Assembly (NCBI GenBank): GCA_000934665.2
Contig: KZ539582.1
Span: forward strand, 1 to 32,054
DNA: 32,054 nt
Direction: 5' to 3'
Origin: Catajapyx aquilonaris
Taxonomy: Eukaryota
In this document: positions 11,150-22,405 of the stretch, piece by piece
Position numbering within the stretch: the stretch's first letter is position 1
Layout of the letters: the number at the start of each line of letters is the position of its first letter
Translations under genes and position numbers: made by a program
The notes under the pieces: generated by a model
The model's database searches: none
Told to the model about the DNA's origin: nothing
Seen by the model: the letters and a program-made list of their open reading frames with translations, nothing else

Positions 11150-11404
11150 GAGGGGTCTGTGCCAGAGGGGCGTAAGTGACTTTTGGCGCGACATCGGTTC
11201 TCTTTTGTGTTCCTGCAAACAGTGGGTCCAATCTTGTGCCAAAGAGGCGCATATGCACAGGAGTTAGTTCCCGCCATTTTCCGCTGCTCCACATAGGCGG
11301 TAGTGACTGGTTCTGGAAGCTCATTTTCCCAAAGGGGCGCATATACCACATACGCCTCTCTGGCACAATGCATGCTACATGCGCCCCTCTGGCACAGACC
11401 TCTC
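11150..11404. mobile_element. Small MITE with GAG..CTC ends (Sola-like) in the right foldback arm
   Basis: GAGGGGTCTGTGCCAGAGGGGCG ... CGCCCCTCTGGCACAGACCTCTC, with internal copies of the same motif. Absent from the mirror arm. Confidence 0.7.
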
Positions 11405-13264
11405 AGTCATGTTCCTCTTCCTGGCGCGAATATGACACGAATGACACGTAGTCGTACGTATATGGGTGATTTCCAAAAACTTACCAACACCATGTGTCCA
11501 TGTCCCGTCATAATGACTCAAAAATGGCTTGACTGAGAGAGTTGATTTTTTAAACATTTGGAGAAGCAGTTGACACCTAGCCATCCCCATGAAAACAAAG
11601 AAAATATTAAATTAAGTTTTACTGCAAAAAATGTCAAAGGGCCTAAAATCACTATTCTTGGCATGTCCCGATCTCATTTTAAAGAATGCTATATTTTCTT
11701 ACAATTTTATCATTCACATTAGACAAGTTTCATTACTATAATTAAATTGTACATAGTTGAAGGTAGGAAACAATATTTTTGAAACGATTTATTCATTTGA
11801 TACGACCTTGCTGCATCACTCCAAAGTGTGTCCCGAGTTTTCATGTTACTCTCCTGGATCAGGATATTATTTTAAAATTTGCAGCGAAACAAAGGGATTT
11901 TTTACTCAGTTATTTGGCAACACTGCTTCTCCATGACACCTTGATTTAACTACAGATTGATGTGCAAGGGGTACGTCTTCTAGTGACAGGTTAAAAAATT
12001 AAGGCGTTTTCAATTCAGTTATGTGGCACATTTTGCATTCACACTCCTGGCTCATTTTTATATGTCACAAAATAGCTTAAATGTTTTGAAATAACTGTGA
12101 ATCCATGGCATGAAGGGATGCCATGAACCCACATAAATTTCCATAGTCAACGTTTGTTCTGGACGGTGCTATTAATCATATTGCATGCATAGGTCATTCT
12201 TCGGCTCCCGAACTCCAGGAAAAAATATTCACTCTCCTGGCATCTTCTGTGCCAGGAGTTAGAGAGACTCGACGGAGAGTCGTCAATGTCTGATGTCACG
12301 GTCGACTTCGATTGGCTACTCCTAGGCGTGTATCTGCTGAAGGATAGGCATGTATCCTACTTGCACAATGTGGCAACACTGCAAATGGAACATTACACTG
12401 TTGCGCGCAGTTAGAATTTTAACAAAATTATCATTCTTGAACAAGATGCGACTCAAAAAATCGTCCTTCATCAACTAGTGTCTGAAAAATTAATATTAAA
12501 ATTCCGGCAGCCTTTTAGTGCCTACTATGGTCATATCAAGTGCAACAATATTCCAAATTCTCGACTTTTGAGCCCAGGTTTTCACTACTTTGGGGACAGA
12601 TACTTAAAAACTGAGTTTCACTTTTTGATATAATATTATGAGGAACAACTTCCAATAAAAATAATTTCGGTTAACTGCAAAATCAATCCCGGAAGGTTTC
12701 AACCATTTTAGAATATGAGAGTTAGTTCCCCATAATTTTCCCTGATTTGTGACCTCATATAGAGTAAGTGAGAGTTTTTCAGGATTTTTGAAACAAATTT
12801 TTAAAGTCATTAATTTTTGCTTTGAAAATGGTGAGTTATAGAATCACCCATATTTGGGGACGCCATTGTGAAATATGACGTCTTATGGGGACAAATGACG
12901 AGACTGACGCGTTCTGACATACAGGGCATGGTCTCCATTCGTCTTAGCGGTGCGGTGGTCGAATTACGCGGAAAAGACACAAAAACCGAAAGAACCCGTC
13001 AGTTGACACACTCTCAATTAGCACTACACCCCCGCTCTTAATTGACACTTCCTCCTCAGTGATGGACTATATTTCTTGTGCTGTGGACGATAACCTTTCT
13101 TTGAGTCCAGTAGGGAACATTTCCCCAAAATGAGTTGCTTCTAACATCATTATTTTCACGTTTTTCCCTGCGTATCCCTTTTTACTGATGCGTAAGCCGG
13201 CAGAAGAGACCCGTCGTTGGCGTCACTCCCTCGATTTGTAGACAGTTGCAACAATGGAAAGAAC

Positions 13265-13609
13265 CAACGAGATAGAATAGGGTAGAGGCCGTAAAGGTCA
13301 CGTGATCTTTGGCGGCCATGCCACTTCACGGCAAGAACATGCGATTATTTGAAATTGCCGTATTTCTAACCCTGTACTCCTCTGTCTACACTCCTGCCTC
13401 CTGGCGGGGGTAGGAAGAAAAGTCAGTCTGGTGCAACGCACCAGACTGCCTTTTCTTCCTAGTCCCGCCAGGAGGCAGGAGAGGAGAACAGGGTTAGCGA
13501 TACTACAATTTCAAAGTTCTTGCCGTGAAGTGGCATGGTCGCCCGATGGCCGCCATTTTGCTTCAAAGATGTCCGACCTTTACGGCCTCTACCCTATTCT
13601 ATCTCGTTG
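13265..13609. mobile_element. Fully palindromic MITE, P- or hAT-type, 8-bp TSD
   Basis: CAACGAGATAGAATAGGGTAGAGGCCGTAAAGGTC ... GACCTTTACGGCCTCTACCCTATTCTATCTCGTTG, with GAAAGAAC on both flanks. The centre is GGTGC-AAC-GCACC at ~13430-13442. Confidence 0.88.
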
Positions 13610-13764
13610 GAAAGAACACTATAAGCACTCTCCATGTGCTGGATGTTTGAATTGCCCCGCCGCGCCGGCCGGGGTTGCCAGGTAAGGCGCGCGGTCGCCG
13701 ACGGGGAAAAAAAAACATTCAGAGACGGCTAATGCGTCCAGCACTGTACAAGGGCTCTGCTTTA

Positions 13765-13915
13765 AGGCCATTTCACAAAAAAAATGTCGCGCGGCAAACG
13801 GCGCGACTTGCGGCAAATTTTATTGTTGCCAACAATTGGCAACAATAAATATAAATAAAAATTTGCCGCAAGTCGCGCCGTTTGCCGCGCGACATTTTTT
13901 TTGGTGAAATGGCCT
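13765..13915. mobile_element. PIF/Harbinger (Tourist-like) hairpin MITE
   Basis: TTA|AGGCCATTTCAC...GTGAAATGGCCT|TTA, with ~55-bp near-perfect arms and a TTA TSD. Confidence 0.88.
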
Positions 13916-14424
13916 TTACACCTGGGGGAGGATTCATCAACATACGAGATTTTTTTACGATACGACGGAAATACGTACAACATGTTTACGTACAATATCC
14001 GTGGCAACCTTGCGATTCGTAACACTACAACATGCCAGATTCATCAAGATTTTTCTCGTAAATAGTCAAGTTCGTAGGTAGGTCGTAACTCGTCGTTTTG
14101 TTGCCTCATGCAACAATAGGAGTAAACAGTGTCAACAAAAAAAGAACAATGTTCAAAACAATGAACAAGACGATGACGTCAGATCGATCTTTCTTTTAAC
14201 GGACTTCACTTTTACCTACCCTCCTAGGCATGTATACGCACCACAAATTGGTCATGATCCGTGGGCTATGTTGGTATATACATCGTGCCCCTATACCCCT
14301 GACACATTCGGTCTCCCATTACTTCCCACTTATTCACTATTTCCGACGCCCATTCCCCCTCCTCAGTGTTGATGGTGCTTCGTATACGGAAGTCCGCAGG
14401 GTCCGAGGAACAAGCGTGTTTATA

Positions 14425-14588
14425 CAGGGTGTTACAAGTTGTGGCTCGTTTTTTTATAACTGATTTCGTCCGATAGTAGTTATCTTTGTGGCTACAAGCT
14501 TTGTAGCTGCTTTTTGTAGCTAGAAAAAGTAACTACTATCAGGCGATATCAGTTATTAAAAACCGACCCACGAACTTGGAACACCCTC
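14425..14588. mobile_element. Old Tc1/mariner-type hairpin MITE
   Basis: TA|CAGGGTGTTACAAGTT ... AACTTGGAACACCCTC, with imperfect arms throughout. Confidence 0.65.
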
Positions 14589-15097
14589 TTTTTACGGGTG
14601 TCCCGTTACGAATGCGGACGAGCCAAAAAGTACACTACATGACATTAAATGGCCAACCCTATGATAGCAGGATAGAGGAATAGCATTAGCTGCTACTGAG
14701 GCGCAAAATAGTTAGCCTATAGCTGTAACTGGTAGTAGCCGTTATTTTCAGTAACAACCATTTACATAGTGGCAGTTATTGCAAAGTAGCTGTTATTTGC
14801 AACCCACCGCTCCAACGCAACGAGGGGCCCGGATTCGGGAAGACCGGAGGATCTGGGATACTATATGCAAGGCAGCTAATGCAATATAAAATATTTGCAG
14901 CCCGTCCTTTGACCCCAGCGGCATCCTTTCCACCACACAGAGAAGGGAAAAAGACGTCCGTTAAGTTGCNNNNNNNNNNNNNNNNNNNNNNNNNNNNNNN
15001 NNNNNNNNNNNNNNNNCTTAGTTAGCGAGATATTAATTTTTCAAAATTTTCGGGCGCCCCCCCCCCCCCCCACCAACGGAATTTCGCAATTTTGGAG

Positions 15098-15329
15098 GCG
15101 CCATTCGTTAGTGCTTCGTTTGTGCCGGTTTGTGCCGGAAACAGTTCCGCACTAGATGCCACCAATCTCGAGATATAAATTATTTAATAAACGTATGATG
15201 ACGTAAGTTGGCCTCCCACCATCACAAATTGCATTTTTTAAAATGCCAATCGTTAGTGCTTCGTTTGTGCCCGTTTGTGCCGAAAACAGTTCCTCTCTAT
15301 CTGCCGCCAATCTCGAGATATAAATTATT
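15098..15329. repeat. ~85-bp direct repeat (two copies)
   Basis: TCGTTAGTGCTTCGTTTGTGCC...CCAATCTCGAGATATAAATTATT at ~15098-15184 and ~15245-15329. Confidence 0.8.
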
Positions 15330-15781
15330 GAATGGTCCAATAGCACAAGGGCCCATGTCCAGGGTGAAAAAAGGGTGGAGATGGAGAAATGAATTTTATT
15401 TCCTGAACTATTTGATGTATTAAAATTCTTTATTGGAAATATGCCTTAGAGGGCCACACCAACACATTTTAATTTTGGCACATCGATGCGGTGCGCAGAT
15501 TAGCTTTTATTCCAAATTCTTAACCTTGGACTTGGACCCTTGTTCTATTGGGAGAAACAAAAGGCAGTCAGTATATGGGAGGTGAGCAGGTGAGTGATAC
15601 ATTAGCAGATAATAATGTTTATGGTGGACAGTATATCGATCTTTTTCTCTTTTATTTTTGTTTGGTCACATGGGTGCACGGAGAGGTAAAATGGAAGTGA
15701 GTTGGAGTCGTCAACCTGAAGGTCGTTGTAAGGTTGTGCTTCACCCGAGTGCAGGATATTGTAGTGTTTCTGAAATGTATG

Positions 15782-15950
15782 AGGAACGTCAATATTAAGC
15801 ATATTGAATTTCTATACGTACGATTCGTGACGATTTATTGCCATGAAACATTTATGCACAATCTCCACCTCTCTTAGATACTGATTTTATTCGTAATGTT
15901 TCATTTTTTTCACATGTAAATGTATAAATGGGTGAATTTGAGTCTTTTTC
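15782..15950. repeat. Dispersed repeat with an inverted copy at ~27023-27184
   Basis: TCAATATTAAGCATATTGAATTTCTATACG...ATTGCCATGAAACATT versus AATGTTTCATGGCAAT...CGTATAGAAATTCAATGTGCTTAATATTGA. Confidence 0.75.
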
Positions 15951-15984
15951 TAAAATTGGATTCTGCATTTTCAGGAGCTAAAAT

Positions 15985-17128
15985 TTTCAAGTCTGTGAGG
16001 ATGGGTGAACACGAATGAAATGACAATTAATCTTGAAAAGACGAAGGTAATAGCATCAGGGAAGGAGGCTCCCTCCCAAGCTCAATGGCTTTTCACTGGG
16101 GTGATAAAAAATGGTAAATTGTAAATGAATACACATATTTGGGAGTTCCTTTTTCCCCAGCTATGAAATTCAGAGAGACCAGTAAGAATATTTCGTGCAA
16201 AAGGGGATAACAGCAATAAATTCAGTGTGGCCCACTCCTGTAGCTACCAAATCGAGAAATTTATATACGGCTTTTAAATTATTTGACGCTAAGATAGTGC
16301 CTATCTCCCTATATAATGCTCACATTTGGGGATTGTCTCATTGCCAAGAACTGGAGAGGATACACACATATTTAAAAAAATATCTTTCACTCGTCCCAAG
16401 GAATACTTCAGGATATTTTCTCAGACTGGAAACGGGGAGGAGACCGCTGGAGATCGGTGTGATTAAATTTTTGTGTCATTTTCTGATGAAAATAGCTCTG
16501 GCAGATCCAAAAGAATTGATTAGCCAGTGCTTCCCATATGCCATGAAAGTGAAAAACCCAGACCCAAATGAATGGATAGCGTCAGTTAGAAAAATATTTA
16601 CATTATCTGGCATTTCACTTGACACGTGGGCAAATAATGTTGATAAAATAAATTTAGAAGATATACTTACAGAGTTACACCGCAAATCCAATTGACCATA
16701 GAAAAAGACATGAATTGCGTAAGGGACTCGAGAATAAATTATGTACATTATGTACATAAGATATAATCACGGATCATCTCAGACAACATTATTTCGATTC
16801 CCAGCTGCCTCTTCCAGTGACCAGATAGATAATAAATTTGAGGAACAATTCAAGGAAATACTGGATAAAGGGATACACACTTGTACTGGACAATGACAAT
16901 AACTGCACCTTATGTAATGAACCTGCCAAATTTGACTTATATCACCTCTTGTATATTTGTAGATTTTTTGCAGTGAGTAGAAAAGAATACCTACAAGATA
17001 TGCCAAAGTTTCCTCCCAATAAGACTTTCTTTTTATTTCTACATATATATTGGGAGGATGCATTTAAATTGTATAATTTTTTCAAAGCTATGGCAGTGAA
17101 ATTGGCTTTTTGTGACATAATACTATAA
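15985..17128 (+). pseudogene. 5'-truncated, frameshifted non-LTR retrotransposon ORF2 (RTE-X-like): RT thumb through CCHC finger
   Basis: WVNTNEMTINLEKTKVI ... IVNEYTYLGVPFS ... KLFDAKIVPISLYNAHIWG...LERIH...LETGRRPL ... CTLCNEPAKFDLYHLLYIC...RKEYL, with multiple stops and frameshifts. Confidence 0.82.
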
Positions 17129-17352
17129 GATCATATATTAAAATTGTATTTCTGTTACCGATATTAGGGCTGTTGTTGGAGAGTCCGGAAAGTCTATCGT
17201 TTATCCGCACCTAGCGACGCGACGGGGTTGGGAAGGCGTGGTGTGCTCCAAACATGTTGGCTACGGGTCGCAAACAATCGGTTGCCGGGGGAGCCCAACA
17301 AAGGGCGTCTTCTTACCCCTGCCACGCGAACCGATCAGACGAGTGCTAAGAC

Positions 17353-17593
17353 CAGCCCACGGACACTTATACCACGTTCTGGCGTTATCACCTGCCGAGG
17401 CATTTTGCAGCGAGTTCTCACCTGAGACCGCCATGAGACATTTCGGAGCCACGATAAGTGGCGACCCTACCGGACTAAGGCTGAACTTTATAGGTACGAA
17501 AGGGGAGGGCTACATGATGACCCAACATGGCCGCCGGCGGCCATGTTGGGTCATCATGTAGCCCTCCGAGCCCTCCCCTTTCGTACCTATAAA
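17353..17593. mobile_element. Palindromic MITE family B (right arm truncated)
   Basis: CAGCCCACGGACACTTATA...CAACATGGCCGCCGGCGGCCATGTTG... Homologous to the copies at 26081, 28963 and 30460. Confidence 0.85.
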
Positions 17594-18405
17594 GAAGCTT
17601 TTCCGGTACGGAGGCTGCCATTAATCTCTGCTCCCGATTGGTTCTGAAGGACTCTGGCAGTTTTGCAAACGAACTCCCGCATGACTTGGGCGCTTTTTCC
17701 GCTAATCGACTTTTTTCAAGGTGAATAACTACGAGACATATGCAATTTTTTCGTGATTTTTACACCAACTTGTTAAGGGCCTCCTCATTTACTACCGTAC
17801 ATATGGTGGTGCTATCTCAAATTTCACGGAAATGGACTTAGGCAGATTTGAACCCGAGCTCTTCAATTTGTTTTCTCAAAATAGCGCTGGTAAAATAATC
17901 GTCCAGTGCCTCTGTATTTCTCTGAGGTGGCATTTGCGTGGTCCTTATTTGAATTACAATAGAATTCAACCATCAGGGTTGTATACATTTGGCCAGAGGA
18001 GGAGGGATGGAGCGTCATAAGGGGAGAGGATTAATGGGGTTTCCTATCAACGGCGTCTTTATTCGTTGATGGAACCTAGGATCTTGCAGGCAAGGTTTAA
18101 ACAAGCACTTTTTAAACTTTTTTTTTTTGCTGTTAGCATAAGGTGGAACATAGCGTCATAGCCTACTGTAGCGTGGATCTAAGCCCTTTGGCCTGGAGCT
18201 CCATTCCCTCCTTCCCCCCTTTCGACTCATGTCATCTGGCCACCCTCCCTTTGAGCGCTTATTAATCCAGCCTGATTATGTCACTCTCGACCCTTCACCA
18301 CTTTTCTTGCCCATGATGATAACTGCCCCCAATATTTCTCTCAAAGCAAGGGTTAAAGTGGATTTTATCAACAGTTGTGTTTCAGCTTTTAAAAATACAT
18401 GCACC

Positions 18406-18611
18406 CAGCGCCGTATACAGGATTTTTGTTCGGTGGGGGGGGGGGGGGTTGGTACCGTTTATCCTGTCGTGCACAATTGCGCCCCCCCCCCCCCCCCCCC
18501 CCGGGNNNNNNNNNNNNNNNNNNNNNNNNNNNNNNNNNNNNNNNNNNNNNNNNNNNNNNNNNNNNNNNNNNNNNNNNNNNNNNCCCCCCCCCCCCCCTGG
18601 ATACGGCACTG
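18406..18611. mobile_element. hAT-type MITE spanning an N gap, 8-bp TSD
   Basis: CATGCACC|CAGCGCCGTATACAGG ... CCTGGATACGGCACTG|CATGCACC. Confidence 0.88.
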
Positions 18612-18948
18612 CATGCACCTAAATGATAATGATATTCTTTATTTACAATCACTTATCACTTGGTCTCCATAACTCTGATTGCTTGCTTGCTTGCTTGCTG
18701 CTTGTGTAGGATATTGTAGACGATTTCAACTGGGATCCATGAATAATGTGTGTAAAAAGTGTAGGAAGAAATGAGCGCTGGCTCTCACCCCCATTGTTAT
18801 TGTAGGACCTACCCCATGGAAAAGGTGTGTCAGGAACACCTGTAAAAGCTCACAAGGAGAAAGCTGTTTAATCACAAGTACAAATAAGACTTGCTTTGTC
18901 AACCTGTCTAATGCTGCTTTTTTGTGTACGTGCATGCATCGCTGACAG

Positions 18949-19080
18949 CTGTCGGTGTCCATCGGACTTTGCGGTTCGTCACCACCCCGACGGTGCATGT
19001 TCCTGCGACTGCTTCGACAAACAAAGGACGTGCATCAGGCTCAAGAGAGGAAGGGATTACTTCTCAGTCCAGGACAGATG
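18949..19080 (+). CDS. Pvf: Internal exon of the PDGF/VEGF-related factor (Cys-rich CxC/CxCxC C-terminal region)
   Basis: Branch-like CTAAT at 18908, a T-tract, acceptor CAG at 18946-18948 and donor GTAGGT at 19081. Encodes (S)CRCPSDFAVRHHPDGACSCDCFDKQRTCIRLKRGRDYFSVQDR. It joins 7860 in frame (AG+C = Ser). Confidence 0.88.
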
Positions 19081-19265
19081 GTAGGTCTATGATTTTGCGA
19101 CGACTGGGATGCATCGCACCTGATGGACCGGGTAAAAGACAATTCCATTATTTTAGAACTTTTGAAAACTGCTCCGAAGCAGCCCGAGTTTTTTTTTCTT
19201 CCAAATTCAGGCGATAAAAATGAGTGACCAGACCTATATACTTGTTAGTATTCTAAGGCAGCTTT

Positions 19266-19682
19266 GTAAGTACGTTGCCCCAGGTAGGATTTCCCTCCGT
19301 GTCCTCACACCAATGCAATGCAATGAATTGCAATGGCGTCGAGTGTGACCAGGGGCGAACGGTGGTTTGGGGGCGGCCCCGGGGCCGCTATGTAAGTGTG
19401 TTGCTCCTGGTCGGATTTTTCGCCGTGTCCTCACCTGCAATGCGTTTCAATGGTGTCGAGTGTGACCAAGGGCGAACTGTGGTTTGGGGGCGACCCCGGG
19501 GCCGCGATGTAAGTGAGTTGCCCCAGGTAGGATTTTCCTCCGTGTCCTCACACCACTGCAATGCGTTTCAATGGTGTCGAGTGTGACCAAGGGCGAACTG
19601 TGGTTTGGGGACGGCCCAGGGGCCGCTTTGGAAATGCGTTTCGCCAGGTCGGATTTTGCGCGTGTCCTGAGGGTAATGCAAT
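19266..19682. repeat. Tandem repeat, ~120-bp unit, ~3.4 copies
   Basis: Units start at ~19266, 19392, 19509 and 19630. They share CAATGGYGTCGAGTGTGACCARGGGCGAACKGTGGTTTGGGG. Confidence 0.92.
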
Positions 19683-20008
19683 GTAGGCCTAATGATGGCG
19701 GTTTGTGGCTGCAGCTAATGCATGCGATTCCGCTATGACGTTATTCTGCTGTGTTGTCATGATGTTGGTACAGCGTGCCCCTACCCCTGCCACATTATTT
19801 GAGTCTCTCCCATTACTTCATCCTTTTTCAATAATGCCAACACCAATTCCCAGCAGAATTTCTATGGCTGCTGATGAGTTGCAACTATTTTCAGTAACGG
19901 TTGCTCTTGCCGCGGTTACTTAAATAACAGTTATTGCAAAGTAGCTGTTATTTGTAGTTTTGTACTACCGACGAGGGGAGCGGATCCGCGCTGATAGGGG
20001 CCCATCTG

Positions 20009-20363
20009 TAGGGCTCTGCGATATCCGAAATTACATATCTACTTTCGATACTTAAAAATATCGAATCGAAGTCGATATATCGAAAATCGAAAAACCGACA
20101 TCGAAAAAGATCGAAAACCGAATCGAACCGACATCGAAAAATATCGAATCGAAAATCGAAAAACCGACATCGAAAACCGACATCGAAAAAGATCGAAAAC
20201 CGAATCGAACCGACATCGAAAAATATCGAAAACCTACATCGAACCCACATCGAAAAATCGCGATATTCGATACATCGAACATGCCAAGCGTCGGATATCG
20301 CAACTTCGATATTAGGGAAATATCGTATCGACAGTCGATATATCGAAATATCGCACAGCCCTA
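20009..20363. mobile_element. hAT-type MITE with internal ATCGAAA/ACCGAC repeats
   Basis: CCCATCTG|TAGGGCTCTGCGATAT ... ATATCGCACAGCCCTA|CCCACCTG (7 of 8 TSD bases match). Confidence 0.88.
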
Positions 20364-20726
20364 CCCACCTGATTGGCTGGCTAGCTTCCAAGATCCTCTC
20401 ATTCATGGCTGCATGGGGCATGCCACGTCTGGTAGGGTTCGGACACTTTTTTACCGCCTGACGCCAGATATTTTGTCTCTCAGGCAACAGGGGGCAGAAG
20501 CATCCATCTTACCTCGCGGATTCAAGCCAATCACGCAGTCCGTGATCGTTGAACTCCCAACCACGAGATGGCATGGCAAGAGCAGCTTAAAAGTCATTGG
20601 CTCCTTTTAAAATGAGAACAAATGAGCGCACAAGTAGCAAACGGTCATATGACTTCCGTGGGCCCTGAGGCACGTCTTCCCTCGGCGGTCATATGACTTC
20701 CGTGGCCCTCAACAGGTTAATCCAGA

Positions 20727-20792
20727 CCTGGTCTCCTGGCAAAAGTAGTGTCAAGCTGCGCAGCTTGACACTACTTTTGCCAGGAGACCAGG
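20727..20792. repeat. Perfect 66-bp spacerless palindrome
   Basis: CCTGGTCTCCTGGCAAAAGTAGTGTCAAGCTGC|GCAGCTTGACACTACTTTTGCCAGGAGACCAGG. Confidence 0.95.
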
Positions 20793-21509
20793 CCATGCCT
20801 TCTATCATAGTCTGCCTTTTGCTTTATCCTTGACTTTTCCTCTACTTCTGCCAATGGGGAAGTAGCCTTCATTTTGGAAACTACATAATAAGTTCGCCCA
20901 TATTTTTTGGATTTTTTTTGGCATATTCCGTTTTAAGATATCAGTTTCAGTTCCGGAGTAATTGGGGTTTTTATGTAGGGAAATGGTGACGTCACTGTTT
21001 CCCTAGAAAATGTTGACGTCACGCGAAGTGAAATGAACGCAAAAATGGTGTTATAGAACGCGCCCCGTCATTGTCGTAAAATGCTTCGCTGTTGTTAGCA
21101 ACCGTCCCATTCCGTGAGCAAGATAGCGGCCGGGGCGCGTATTTATTCCAGGCCGCTCAATCAGCTTAGGGGCTGGCAGTGGTGCCAACTGGCAGGAATC
21201 ATCTGTCACCCGAATTCGGCACATGAAGGCCCCCTTTCTCCACTTCGATGGCCTACAGCCGCCTTGCGAATGCTTTCCGTCGTGTCCGCGGTTAATTCAA
21301 AGTCAAATTCGTCATATCTCGCAGTCAACCAGGCATTTCAGTGTACCCTTTCGATTGGCACCACCCGGCCACCCCGTTTTTCCCGCCAATTTTGAAGGCA
21401 CTTTTAAATGTGCCGTAATTTATCCAGTAATGTCGTTTTGATGCAACAGAGTGATGGAATGTATGTTTATGGGCATGGGCTAGCTAGTTATGAACAAAAA
21501 TCCCAAATC

Positions 21510-22405
21510 CCAGACCAAGGCTACTTCCCCATTCCTGGGGATCATGTGGACTGGGAATATACTTGGAGGAAAGGATGGGAACTGGGGTACGAATCCTTTT
21601 CCCCATCAGCAATTGGGCTGGACTCAACCAATTCACCATGGGTGTTGCTCGGTATTCTAGCAACGCTAGATATGGATCTTCCGCTTTCTATATTCTCCCC
21701 TTAACAACGTTAACTCCTGTCTCTGCCATCCCGTTACTCTGAGGGGATTTCGGACTTGATGTAACGTGCCTGAATCCATAACTGCGAGCGAATTCTGCAA
21801 ACTCCGAGCCTAATATCATCCGGAATTGAGTTCCGTTGTCGCTCCTTACTAATTCTGGAATTCCGTGTCTGCCAAAGACGGATTTGCAGTGTACAATAAC
21901 CGCCCCTGCCGTAAGATACTCCAACCTGGCCATTTCCGGATACCTTGAATAATAGTCCGTAATGACCAGGTACCACGCCCCCTTGACCTTCATTAGACCC
22001 ATGGCAAGTTCCTGCCATGGCCTTGTCGGGAATTTCGTGGGCATGAGTGGTTCGTGGCGGTTTTGTCTTTCCTTGATGCACTCTCCGCAGTACCTCACCA
22101 TCTCTTCGACCTGTTTCCCAATATCAGGCCACCACACAGTTTCTCTAGCTCGTGCACGGCATCTGGTGATACCTAAGTGGCTCTCATGGATGCGACTCAG
22201 GATTTCCTTCCTTCCCTGAGGAGGAATGAGGATTCTTCGAGCGTAAACCACCAAACCTTCTTGGATCCCCAACTGATGGCGGTACTGCCAATACTGGTAG
22301 CAATTTGGCTCTACCTTCCGCTTGTCCGGCAAACATTCTTCTATGTAGGTCCTCAATCTCTGGCACACAGGGTCGGCCTGCTGTTCTCCCCATATCTCCT
22401 ACAAC
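21510..22405 (-). pseudogene. Gypsy integrase
   Basis: HESHLGITRC...WWP...CGEC (HHCC), YLVITDYYSRYPE, VRSDNGTQF and SSPKSPQSNGMAE. After a frameshift it continues DPYLALLEYRATP..SPAQLLMGKRIRT. Confidence 0.93.

Larger units (their letters stand above)
9165..11450. mobile_element. Foldback-like element with ~530-bp arms, each arm interrupted by a later insertion
   Basis: The left arm (9165-~9505 plus ~10429-10620) mirrors the right arm (~10682-11149 plus 11405-11450) around a ~60-bp spacer. Confidence 0.8.
8944..13072. mobile_element. Large non-autonomous TIR element (~210-bp TIRs, possible Academ-like TAG..CTA ends) containing nested insertions
   Basis: 8944-~9155 is a diverged reverse complement of ~12850-13072 (e.g. 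CTAAGACGAATGGAGACCATGCCCTGTATGTCAGAA versus TTCTGACATACAGGGCATGGTCTCCATTCGTCTTAG). No transposase is recognised inside. The superfamily call is tentative. Confidence 0.75.

Noticed and set aside
19266..19682. CRISPR-like array
   Set aside because: Whole units are homologous with no unique spacers, the context is eukaryotic, and there are no cas genes.
19948..20487. 179-aa Phe/Arg/Asp-rich ORF
   Set aside because: It is a low-complexity translation of the subterminal repeats of a hAT MITE.
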